DNA from: a virus | Taxonomy: Duplodnaviria > Caudoviricetes | DNA: 28,694 bases | IMG/VR virus record: IMGVR_UViG_3300020156_000190 | Span: 1-28,694 of that record | Reading direction: 5' to 3' (one strand) | Notes under the pieces: model-generated | Told to the model about the DNA's origin: nothing | The model's database searches: none | The model's input: only the letters and a program-made list of their open reading frames with translations | In this document: positions 1 to 6,821 of the stretch, one piece after another | Position numbering within the stretch: the stretch's first letter is position 1 | Layout of the letters: each line of letters starts with the position of its first letter | Translations under genes and position numbers: made by a program

Positions 1-138
1 GCATCCCCGTATACCCGCGCATCCCCGTATACCCACGCATCCCCGTATACCCGCGCATCCCCGTATACCCGCGCATTCCCGGATACCCGCGCATCCCCGT
101 ATACCCGCGCATCCCCGGATACCCACGCATTCCCGTAT
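1..138. repeat. 18-bp tandem repeat, about 7.7 copies visible, coding for the hexapeptide repeats
   Basis: Unit GCAT(C/T)CCCG(T/G)ATACCC(G/A)C begins at 1, 19, 37, 55, 73, 91, 109 and 127. Confidence 0.95.
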
Positions 139-287
139 TGATCTAGGTTATCTTCTTTCTCGATCCATCCACCCAATTCGCCCTCTTCAATGTCGTATTC
201 CTCAATTGGACGGACCGCCTTGATTTGATAAAGCGTAACTCCGAACCATTCCTTTGTGTTTTCCGTTAAAACATACTTTTTAGACAT
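1..287 (-). CDS. Phage hexapeptide-repeat (left-handed beta-helix-like) protein, 3' end runs off the window
   Basis: Not in the ORF track. Hand translation from ATG 287 (RBS GAGGGG): MSKKYVLTENTKEWFGVTLYQIKAVRPIEEYDIEEGELGGWIEKEDNLDQYGNAWVSGDARVYGDARV..., with a GGWIE motif followed by V[YS]G[DN]A[RW] repeats. Confidence 0.85.
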   Translation of the reverse strand, partial: MSKKYVLTENTKEWFGVTLYQIKAVRPIEEYDIEEGELGGWIEKEDNLDQYGNAWVSGDARVYGDARVSGNARVYGDARVYGDAWVYGDARVYGD

Positions 288-336
288 TTGTATTTCCCCT
301 CTCAAATTTATTAGTTTATCAATCTGAAAACTTGGT

Positions 337-594
337 CTAAACCTCAAACAAGTCCTTTTCAAGCGCCTCTATCCTTGTTCGTATATCTTTTTGCCATTCG
401 TTTTCACCGGCTAAGTAAGCTTGATATGAGAGGCTTTTCAGTTCGTCTAGTCTCTGAATCATCATCAAGTTTTGTTTTAAGAGTGGTTTCAACATCTGAA
501 TAGCGACTTCATCCAATTTGATTTTTCCGTCTTGATTCATCGACATCCAAGTAATCCAGGCCATTTTCCTGTGGATTGGATGTATGCCGATCAA
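337..594 (-). CDS. Hypothetical phage early protein (85 aa)
   Basis: ORF with a GGAG RBS upstream of a TTG start; lies in the early operon. Confidence 0.7.
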   Translation of the reverse strand: MIGIHPIHRKMAWITWMSMNQDGKIKLDEVAIQMLKPLLKQNLMMIQRLDELKSLSYQAYLAGENEWQKDIRTRIEALEKDLFEV

Positions 595-600
595 GGGGTA

Positions 601-717
601 TCAACTCCTTCCCAGTGTGATTAGCAAAAGCGTTATGATAATTGCGATTAACCAGTGCCACGGGTTTTTTGATGGTTCGACAAATGTTTCTCGGATATAA
701 TCTTTAAGGAAATTCAT
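601..717 (-). CDS. Small membrane protein (38 aa)
   Basis: Hand translation MNFLKDYIRETFVEPSKNPWHWLIAIIITLLLITLGRS; fills the gap between neighbouring genes; hydrophobic C-terminal helix. Confidence 0.65.
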   Translation of the reverse strand: MNFLKDYIRETFVEPSKNPWHWLIAIIITLLLITLGRS

Positions 718-726
718 GTGCTATCC

Positions 727-1485
727 CTACGCCAGAGTCCCAATAGACAACTCTTTGACTATGGTCGTATAGATTTCTTTTAAGCGTGGATCAGATTCGA
801 TTACATCCAGCCGGTTCGTATCGTTAATCTTGGTTTTTGTGGCTCCGGCATCGGCTAAACGGTCTTGTAGGTTTTTAAGCCTAATGTTCAGTTGGCATTT
901 GCCCCGCTCCTCAAGCAACCGATAGCTTTCTGTTCGGATGTCTTTGTAACTGGTGCCGGACCGATATGCAGCGCCGTTAAGCATGCCCTTGATCATGTTC
1001 CGCCAGTTCTCGTCATGCTGTAGGAATGTTTCTTTGATGACTGTGACTTGTTGTTCCGTGTGTTCTTGGCGTTGCTCAATTTGAATTTGACGGTGTTCCA
1101 TGGCGATCAATAGTTGAAGTTGAGGGCTTAAGCCAGTTAGGTCAATCGCAGCCTCTTTGACCCGGTAATAATCGTCCACCAGCATTTCGTAAGCTTCCCA
1201 TGCACGATCCGTATTCAAAGATTTAGCTTGCATCCAAGCGCCCTTTTCGGTCCAAAGATAGATAACGGGAGCAAATTTAAGGTTGTCATCAATTTGATGG
1301 GAAGCTTTGAAACTCTCCAACTCATGCCCACGAATCTCGAAATAATGTTTGCCTCGTGTGTATCGGTCCCGGTTCCGCCCAAAGTTGTTATTGATTGTTT
1401 TGGGTTCTGTTCCGAATGATTCGGCAAGTTGTGATGTCGTCAAAACACGCTGGCCGGAATATTCGATCACCTGCAATTGATTCAT
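727..1485 (-). CDS. ORF6N-domain phage antirepressor-like DNA-binding protein
   Basis: N-terminus IEYSGQRVLTTSQLAESFGT...NNFGRNRDRY..GKHYF...YLWTEKGA...KSLNTDRAWE is typical of ORF6N; coiled coil and helical C-terminal domain follow. Confidence 0.85.
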   Translation of the reverse strand: MNQLQVIEYSGQRVLTTSQLAESFGTEPKTINNNFGRNRDRYTRGKHYFEIRGHELESFKASHQIDDNLKFAPVIYLWTEKGAWMQAKSLNTDRAWEAYEMLVDDYYRVKEAAIDLTGLSPQLQLLIAMEHRQIQIEQRQEHTEQQVTVIKETFLQHDENWRNMIKGMLNGAAYRSGTSYKDIRTESYRLLEERGKCQLNIRLKNLQDRLADAGATKTKINDTNRLDVIESDPRLKEIYTTIVKELSIGTLA

Positions 1486-1688
1486 AGAGCCGAAACCTCC
1501 TCAATCTTCTTCAATAAGGCCGCTGTTTTTTCAAGGTTTACTTTGGCTTCTTCGCACTCTTTCGCGTATTCTTCCTTGCCGTCAAACGCTGTTACAAACC
1601 CGGCGTATTGGTCAACCTTTGATTTAAGCGCAAGGATGATCGCTATTTTTTCGTCAAACGATAGGGTTACTTCATATGTCCAATTCAT
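1482..1688 (-). CDS. Hypothetical protein (68 aa)
   Basis: Start moved to ATG 1688 (MNWTYEV) behind an AGGAG RBS; stop overlaps the start of the ORF6N gene. Confidence 0.7.
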   Translation of the reverse strand: MNWTYEVTLSFDEKIAIILALKSKVDQYAGFVTAFDGKEEYAKECEEAKVNLEKTAALLKKIEEVSAL

Positions 1689-1759
1689 TTCGTTACTCCT
1701 TTCTAATAGGACTTTTGCCCTCCCGTGGCGAATAATGGAATTCGAAGGGAGGTGAAAAC

Positions 1760-2236
1760 ATGTACACAATTCCGCAATTACAGGCACTTGATTTCCTGTT
1801 AAAGATCATTTCTGCCGAGCCCGATTCCGATGAATTTAAACCGGTCATTGAATCTTCTGGCATCTTGTGGCAGGGTGATTTTGTTATGAGCGACCGGACT
1901 TATTTAAAACAACCATATATCGATGTTTTAGGTGATTTGGAAGTTCGCACCACCAGCGCCGGAGAACATGGCCATCATGATGCTATCGCTAAGGTGTGGG
2001 AGTATTACTATCAAAAACCGAACCGCCTAATAAAGTTAGCTAAAGCAAACAACCCAGCCTATCTACACCACGGTCTCCTAGAAGTGCTAAACGCAGTTAC
2101 AACCGGCGAAGAGGCAAGCGATTTACACCCTTATCTGTTCAACGCCAAATCTCTTGATGGCAAGATGGAAGTTCCTTTCTTGGATTTATCCGACGAGAAA
2201 ATCAAGTTAGTCTCAATTTTGCGCCTTAAGAGATAG
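1760..2236 (+). CDS. Hypothetical protein, inverted (moron-like) within the early operon
   Basis: 158-aa ORF with a strong GGGAGGTG RBS, on the opposite strand to its neighbours. Confidence 0.75.
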   Translation: MYTIPQLQALDFLLKIISAEPDSDEFKPVIESSGILWQGDFVMSDRTYLKQPYIDVLGDLEVRTTSAGEHGHHDAIAKVWEYYYQKPNRLIKLAKANNPAYLHHGLLEVLNAVTTGEEASDLHPYLFNAKSLDGKMEVPFLDLSDEKIKLVSILRLKR

Positions 2237-2596
2237 GTAAAGAATGATTTCTTCGTATACTCGATCTTCTTTTTCTTCTTCCGGCAATTCTTGCGCAACA
2301 ATTTGGGAGATTCGCTTTTTCAATTGGAAAAGCGGGTCTCTCGCTTTTTTGCGGGCGTAAATGATCTCGTAAGCTAAATAAATCCAGTTTTCAAATCTGT
2401 CATTATCCATCGTTTCAATGCTTTCGGAACTCGGTAAATAGCGGCCCAGAGGAGTAATGCCCCATGGGTTTCGGGGGATATGTGACTTACCTAACCTTTC
2501 GTAAATTTCTTTTAAAGTCGCTATATTGGCGGCTTTTTCCTTTTCGATTTCCTCTCGGACAATTTCCCTAATGCGCTGTTCACCTTGTTTGTTCAT
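2213..2596 (-). CDS. Hypothetical protein (127 aa)
   Basis: AAGGAGG RBS; 3' end overlaps the convergent gene by 24 bp. Confidence 0.7.
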   Translation of the reverse strand: MNKQGEQRIREIVREEIEKEKAANIATLKEIYERLGKSHIPRNPWGITPLGRYLPSSESIETMDNDRFENWIYLAYEIIYARKKARDPLFQLKKRISQIVAQELPEEEKEDRVYEEIILYLSLKAQN

Positions 2597-2645
2597 TTGT
2601 TTCCTCCTTGTGGTTAGTTAGGTAGGTTGTCCGCTATGACGACCC

Positions 2646-2789
2646 TTAAGAGTCGCCATTATCCTGATCACAATTGGTTGCAGGTTCGGGCTCTTTGTAC
2701 GTTCCGTTTTTTATGGCCCGTTTAATTGCATTGGCACAAAGTTGATGTATAAAGTCTTGTGTTTCTTGGGAAAACTGATTTATGTGCAT
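2646..2789 (-). CDS. Small hypothetical protein (47 aa)
   Basis: Hand translation MHINQFSQETQDFIHQLCANAIKRAIKNGTYKEPEPATNCDQDNGDS; GGGAGG RBS; first gene after cro. Confidence 0.6.
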   Translation of the reverse strand: MHINQFSQETQDFIHQLCANAIKRAIKNGTYKEPEPATNCDQDNGDS

Positions 2790-2838
2790 TGCAATCCCTC
2801 CCTGCTAAAACTTATGATAAGAAAAATAGCGGACGACC

Positions 2839-3066
2839 CTATTGCATTGTCTTAGTTTTTCGTGTCTTATTAAGACACTGAACTTCAAAAAAATTTTGCA
2901 TGTCTACTTTGAAAAGATCGCTTAACACTACAACCTCATCAATATAAAATTTAGATTTACCATTTTCTTTTTTGGTATATCCACTCACAGAGAGGTTAAG
3001 TTGTTTAGCAACTTCTTTTTTAGATAGACCAGCGATGACCCGGGCTGCTTTGATGGTCAGCGTCAT
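2839..3066 (-). CDS. Cro-like XRE-family HTH regulator
   Basis: IKAARVIAGLSKKEVAKQLNLSVSGYTKKENG HTH; divergent from the repressor; GGAGGTG RBS. Confidence 0.88.
   Translation of the reverse strand: MTLTIKAARVIAGLSKKEVAKQLNLSVSGYTKKENGKSKFYIDEVVVLSDLFKVDMQNFFEVQCLNKTRKTKTMQ
2862..2878. promoter_or_regulatory. 17-bp operator inside the 3' end of cro
   Basis: GTGTCTT-ATT-AAGACAC, perfect 7-bp arms identical to the operator at 3086. Confidence 0.75.
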
Positions 3067-3085
3067 TCTGTCACCTCCCCTCGCC

Positions 3086-3186
3086 GTGTCTTTTTAAGAC
3101 ACCTTAAATATAACATCAAAGTCCCTTGAGGTCAACCACAAAAAGACACGTTTTTATATTTTTGTTGCATTTCGTGTCTTTTTGTG
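3086..3186. promoter_or_regulatory. Lysis-lysogeny switch: operators and divergent promoters
   Basis: Operator GTGTCTT-TTT-AAGACAC at 3086-3102. A 14-bp inverted pair, CACAAAAAGACACG (3137-3150) and CGTGTCTTTTTGTG (3173-3186), carries half-sites. Leftward sigmaA promoter: TTGACC (3135-3130), 17 bp, TATATT (3112-3107) with extended TG. Confidence 0.8.
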
Positions 3187-3227
3187 TTTCAATGGGTATA
3201 TATTTTTAAAGGAAGGCGGAAGTAAAG

Positions 3228-3878
3228 GTGTCAAACAAGCCAGATTCAAGATTATTTTATTATGCAGTAGGTAACAACATTAAAAAATACCGTACAATTA
3301 GAAATTTCAGTCTACAGGACCTGGCTGAACGAGTGGGATTGACTAAAAAAACCATCCAGCGTTATGAAAATGGCGAGATAAAAATTGACATGGATAGACT
3401 TACTGATGTAGCAGACGCTTTAGATGTGGAAGTTCTGCAACTTATCGAAGGCGCAGAATCTTTCCTTGGCGTTGATGTTGAGGAATTAGATTCCGTAAAA
3501 GTACCAGTTGCGGAAAAAGTAAGTTATGCAAATGGCGTTTTGAATTTTGAAGAGGTAACAGGGCGTGAAGATACACCGAGGTCATGGATTAAAAATGGCG
3601 AATATTTTTATGTACGTGCATCTGGAGATAGTATGATAAACGCTCGTATCTATGATGGAGACTTACTTTTGATTCGGAAACAAGAAGATGTTGAAGATGG
3701 TGAAATAGCAGTTGTATTGATCAATGGTGATATTTCCTTAAAAAGAGTTTTTAAAAATGAATCAGGACTTGCGCTTTATTCAGAAAACCCCTTATATAGT
3801 CCTGTCTATAGCACCAAAGAAAGTACTAATTCAATAAGAATCATTGGTAAATTAAAAAAGATAATAATCAGTATTTAG
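3228..3878 (+). CDS. CI-like repressor (XRE HTH plus S24 peptidase domain)
   Basis: HTH LQDLAERVGLTKKTIQRYENG; S24 motifs GDSM...DGDLLLI and LKRV. Confidence 0.92.
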   Translation: MSNKPDSRLFYYAVGNNIKKYRTIRNFSLQDLAERVGLTKKTIQRYENGEIKIDMDRLTDVADALDVEVLQLIEGAESFLGVDVEELDSVKVPVAEKVSYANGVLNFEEVTGREDTPRSWIKNGEYFYVRASGDSMINARIYDGDLLLIRKQEDVEDGEIAVVLINGDISLKRVFKNESGLALYSENPLYSPVYSTKESTNSIRIIGKLKKIIISI

Positions 3879-3891
3879 GGGAGGATTATTT

Positions 3892-5313
3892 GTGTACGCT
3901 GCGATTTATGTTCGTGTATCTACAGAAGAACAGGCCGAGCAAGGATTCTCTATCGATGTACAGAAAGAACGCTTAATGGCTTATTGTAAGTCTCAAGGTT
4001 GGGAAGACGTGAAGATTTACATAGATGATGGATATACAGGAACAAACTTAGAAAGACCAGCAATGAAACGTATGATAAGACATATTGAAGAAAAAAAGGT
4101 CCATACTGTAGTCGTTTATAAACTAGACCGTCTAAGCAGAAAACAAAAAGATGTGCTCAAATTATTAGAAGATGTGTTCGAACCAAACGATGTAATTTTT
4201 AAATCTTCAACAGAGCCATTCGAAACATCAACGGCATTCGGCAAAGCAATGATCGGTGTCTTGGCTGTTTTTGCTCAATTAGAAAGAGATATGATAGTTG
4301 AAAGAACAACTTCGGGAAGACGCCAAAAATTGAGCAAAGGCATTTGGAGCGGGGGGCGCGTTCCCTTTGGATATAGTTGGAATAAAGATGCTCTAAAATT
4401 TGAGATTATCCCCGAGGAAGCTTGGATTGTTAAAGAGATTTTCAAACGATATTTACAGGGTCACTCCAGATTGTCTATCGCCGAATGGGCTGCTAATCGT
4501 ACAAACGAAAGAACCATTGACCACAGTACGATAAGGGATATGATCGCCAGGCCCGTATACAAAGGGGATTTGGTCAATGCCGATCAAATATACGAAGGTA
4601 GCCATGAACCTATAATCGATCCGGAAATTTGGGAGGCCGCTCAAAGAGAAGCGATCAAAAGGAAGGAGGGGGCTGCGCCGTTAGGAGAGTACCTATTGAC
4701 AGGTTTGTTAAAATGCGGTGTGTGCGGCGGAAACGTAGTTCACGTCCTAAGAAAGGATAAAAAATACGGCAAGGAATATATATATAATTATTACACTTGC
4801 AAAAATCAACACGTCAGAAAAAAGGATGCCAGCAATCGTTGTAGTTTAAACTATCTGCACCGAGAAAAAATCGAAAAGTTTGTTGTTGATCAAATAAAAT
4901 CTTTGGCATTATACCCTGAAAAAGTAAAAGAAATTTTGGAGTCAAATGATGATGATCAGTCATATGAATACTCTGAAATAAACATAAAAGAGAGAATTAA
5001 AAAGATTGAGTCTGATTTGGAAAATTTATATGATGCCATTCAGAGTGGCGATATTAAAGCCTCGGCAGTAAGCGGGCGAATTAAGAAGCTTGAAGAAGAG
5101 AAAGAGTATTTAGAAAATGACCTGGACGATATTAATTTGTATAACTACACTTCGAAAATTAGTAAAAACGAATTTAAGTCCACGATTAAAGACGTTGGTG
5201 CTGCTTGGGATTACATGAATGAGGAAGAGCAGAAAGCCGCTATAAGAAGACTTATTTCAGTTATTACATTACACCGTGACTCCGATCCTAAAATCGAATG
5301 GAATTTCACATGA
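3892..5313 (+). CDS. Large serine recombinase (integrase)
   Basis: YVRVST catalytic Ser; YKLDRLSR; ERTTSG; PFGY; Zn ribbon LLTGLLKCGVCG...YYTC...C; C-terminal coiled coil. Confidence 0.95.
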   Translation: MYAAIYVRVSTEEQAEQGFSIDVQKERLMAYCKSQGWEDVKIYIDDGYTGTNLERPAMKRMIRHIEEKKVHTVVVYKLDRLSRKQKDVLKLLEDVFEPNDVIFKSSTEPFETSTAFGKAMIGVLAVFAQLERDMIVERTTSGRRQKLSKGIWSGGRVPFGYSWNKDALKFEIIPEEAWIVKEIFKRYLQGHSRLSIAEWAANRTNERTIDHSTIRDMIARPVYKGDLVNADQIYEGSHEPIIDPEIWEAAQREAIKRKEGAAPLGEYLLTGLLKCGVCGGNVVHVLRKDKKYGKEYIYNYYTCKNQHVRKKDASNRCSLNYLHREKIEKFVVDQIKSLALYPEKVKEILESNDDDQSYEYSEINIKERIKKIESDLENLYDAIQSGDIKASAVSGRIKKLEEEKEYLENDLDDINLYNYTSKISKNEFKSTIKDVGAAWDYMNEEEQKAAIRRLISVITLHRDSDPKIEWNFT

Positions 5314-5317
5314 CCAC

Positions 5318-5369
5318 TTCTTCATTCTTGTGGTTATTCGGTAAAATAAACACCAACATAAATGAAGAA
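5318..5369. other. Probable attP site
   Basis: 52-bp imperfect inverted repeat directly after the integrase stop: outer arms TTCTTCATT and AATGAAGAA, further symmetric positions inside, centre at 5343-5344. Confidence 0.6.
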
Positions 5370-5397
5370 AAGACCTCGAACTTTGGAGGTCTTTTTC
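5367..5397. terminator. Bidirectional intrinsic terminator
   Basis: AAAAGACCTC-loop-GAGGTCTTTT between convergent genes. Confidence 0.85.
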
Positions 5398-5401
5398 TGC
5401 T

Positions 5402-5569
5402 CTATAGCTTTTTATAGACGGCAAGCAATTTAATAAAAACATCGGCAGGGGTTTTCCCTGGTACACTTTCGTATTTAGAAAGAGATCTCTCGGATATTTT
5501 GATCATAGTGGATACTTCTTTTTTTGAATATCCACTATTTAGTCTAGCTTGTTTTAAATCTTCCAACAT
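5402..5569 (-). CDS. Small XRE-family HTH protein (55 aa)
   Basis: Not in the ORF track. MLEDLKQARLNSGYSKKEVSTMIKISERSLSKYESVPGKTPADVFIKLLAVYKKL; AAGGAG RBS; ends at the terminator. Confidence 0.8.
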   Translation of the reverse strand: MLEDLKQARLNSGYSKKEVSTMIKISERSLSKYESVPGKTPADVFIKLLAVYKKL

Positions 5570-5668
5570 ACTGATCTCTCCTTTTTAATCAATGTTGTTT
5601 ACTGCCGACCGACGAAATGATAAAATTACGACACAACTTGTCCGACATCCGAAAGGAGTTATCTAAGG

Positions 5669-5881
5669 TTGGCATACGTCCGTGGGAGATGCCGACTAAG
5701 ATACCTTTTAGCTCGTTCCGAAATGACACAGGCTGAATTATCGCGCCGAACGGGATATTCCCCGCAACAGATTTCAAATTGGGTAAACAACAGAGAACAT
5801 ATGAACTACGAATCTGCTGCGACAGTTGCGTATGTACTTTCGTGTCAAATGGAAGAAATTTATGAGCTAATCTGGGTCTAA
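5669..5881 (+). CDS. Small XRE-family HTH protein (70 aa)
   Basis: MTQAELSRRTGYSPQQISNWVNN HTH; AAGGAG RBS; TTG start. Confidence 0.85.
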   Translation: MAYVRGRCRLRYLLARSEMTQAELSRRTGYSPQQISNWVNNREHMNYESAATVAYVLSCQMEEIYELIWV

Positions 5882-5973
5882 GCCGGTTGGCTCTCCCCGG
5901 GCTGATCTATAGTCATAACTATAGACGCTTTATGTCCCAGTGAAGATAACCATCCCCCTTCATGTCTTATCAT
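5878..5973 (-). CDS. Possible 31-aa peptide
   Basis: AGGAGGGG RBS then MIRHEGGWLSSLGHKASIVMTIDQPGESQPA; no family recognised. Confidence 0.3.
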   Translation of the reverse strand: MIRHEGGWLSSLGHKASIVMTIDQPGESQPA

Positions 5974-6021
5974 TAAACCCCCTCCTATAGAAACAGAGAA
6001 TTGGTAACATTGTACTATTTA

Positions 6022-6053
6022 TTCGACAAACATTTCCTGCGAAACGTGTCGAA
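6022..6053. promoter_or_regulatory. Two consensus Spo0A boxes in inverted orientation
   Basis: TTCGACA at 6022-6028 and TGTCGAA at 6047-6053 (0A box consensus TGNCGAA). Confidence 0.45.
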
Positions 6054-6180
6054 TGCTAAAATTAAAATTTTTTCATAAACAACTATCTGTAGATGCTTAT
6101 CTGTAAACGCTTCCTAATAGATATTACTTCGATTTCCCGGAAACGTTTCTTCCCCTCGATGAATTAAATCGTTTGTCCCA

Positions 6181-6209
6181 ATTATACACGAACACATGTT
6201 CTTGTTCAA
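6181..6209 (-). promoter_or_regulatory. SigmaA promoter with a LexA (Cheo) SOS box in the spacer
   Basis: TTGAAC (6209-6204), 17 bp, TATAAT (6186-6181); CGAAC-ACAT-GTTCT at 6189-6202. Confidence 0.75.
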
Positions 6210-6275
6210 TATTAAATTTGCCAAAACGGTAATGTTTATTGCCAAATTGGATGTAAAATAAAAAACCACTTTGGC

Positions 6276-6482
6276 TTATGCCTCTGTGGTCTTTTCTTCT
6301 TCACGTTTTATTTTCTCTTCGATGGCTTCCAAGATAAAAGCGTTTCGGCTCATACCAGCTTTTTGGGCTGCTTCATCTATCCGGTCACGGTCGCCCCGTT
6401 TCCCCCACAACTTTATTTGATCGTAGTTTGCAGCGTTATATTTGTTTTTCGCCCGGGTGGACGCCTTACCTTGCATCTCCAT
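6276..6482 (-). CDS. Ribbon-helix-helix (Arc/CopG-like) regulator
   Basis: KYNAANYDQIKLW...RIDEAAQKAGMSRNAFILEAIEEK; GAGGTG RBS. Confidence 0.8.
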   Translation of the reverse strand: MEMQGKASTRAKNKYNAANYDQIKLWGKRGDRDRIDEAAQKAGMSRNAFILEAIEEKIKREEEKTTEA

Positions 6483-6516
6483 ATCATCACCTCACAGATA
6501 TTGTATCACAAAATTA

Positions 6517-6570
6517 ATACTTGAACCAGTATAAAAAACTCTTGACCATATACTTGAACCAGTATATAAT
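6517..6570 (+). promoter_or_regulatory. Strong sigmaA promoter with two identical 17-bp operator repeats
   Basis: TTGACC (6542-6547), 17 bp, TATAAT (6565-6570); ATACTTGAACCAGTATA at 6517-6533 and 6550-6566. Confidence 0.8.
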
Positions 6571-6599
6571 ATTAATCAGGGAGGAGGTGAACATAGGAA

Positions 6600-6725
6600 A
6601 TGAAAGAAATGATTGGGTTCCTCACAGCAGTCATTCAATTACTTACCGCAGCGCTGCTGCTACAGAAAACCCGTGAGGAAAAGAAAAAAGGAACCAAACG
6701 CAGCCGACCGGGCAAACGTAAATAG
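6600..6725 (+). CDS. Small hydrophobic peptide with basic tail, putative type I toxin (41 aa)
   Basis: Not in the ORF track. MKEMIGFLTAVIQLLTAALLLQKTREEKKKGTKRSRPGKRK; GGGAGGAGGTGA upstream; hairpin at 6733-6752. Confidence 0.7.
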   Translation: MKEMIGFLTAVIQLLTAALLLQKTREEKKKGTKRSRPGKRK

Positions 6726-6821
6726 GTTCCTCGGAGGGGTTACCGCCCCTCCTCCCAATCTTAACATAAACGGTTTGAAATATACAATCTGGCGGCGGCC
6801 TTACGCGGGAGGGATACGGAA

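Noticed and set aside
1-138. Non-coding VNTR, iteron or terminal repeat
   Set aside because: It is explained as in-frame hexapeptide repeats of the minus-strand gene starting at 287.
5269-5466. 65-aa minus-strand ORF
   Set aside because: It crosses the terminator and attP; the credible gene is the HTH at 5402..5569 in another frame.
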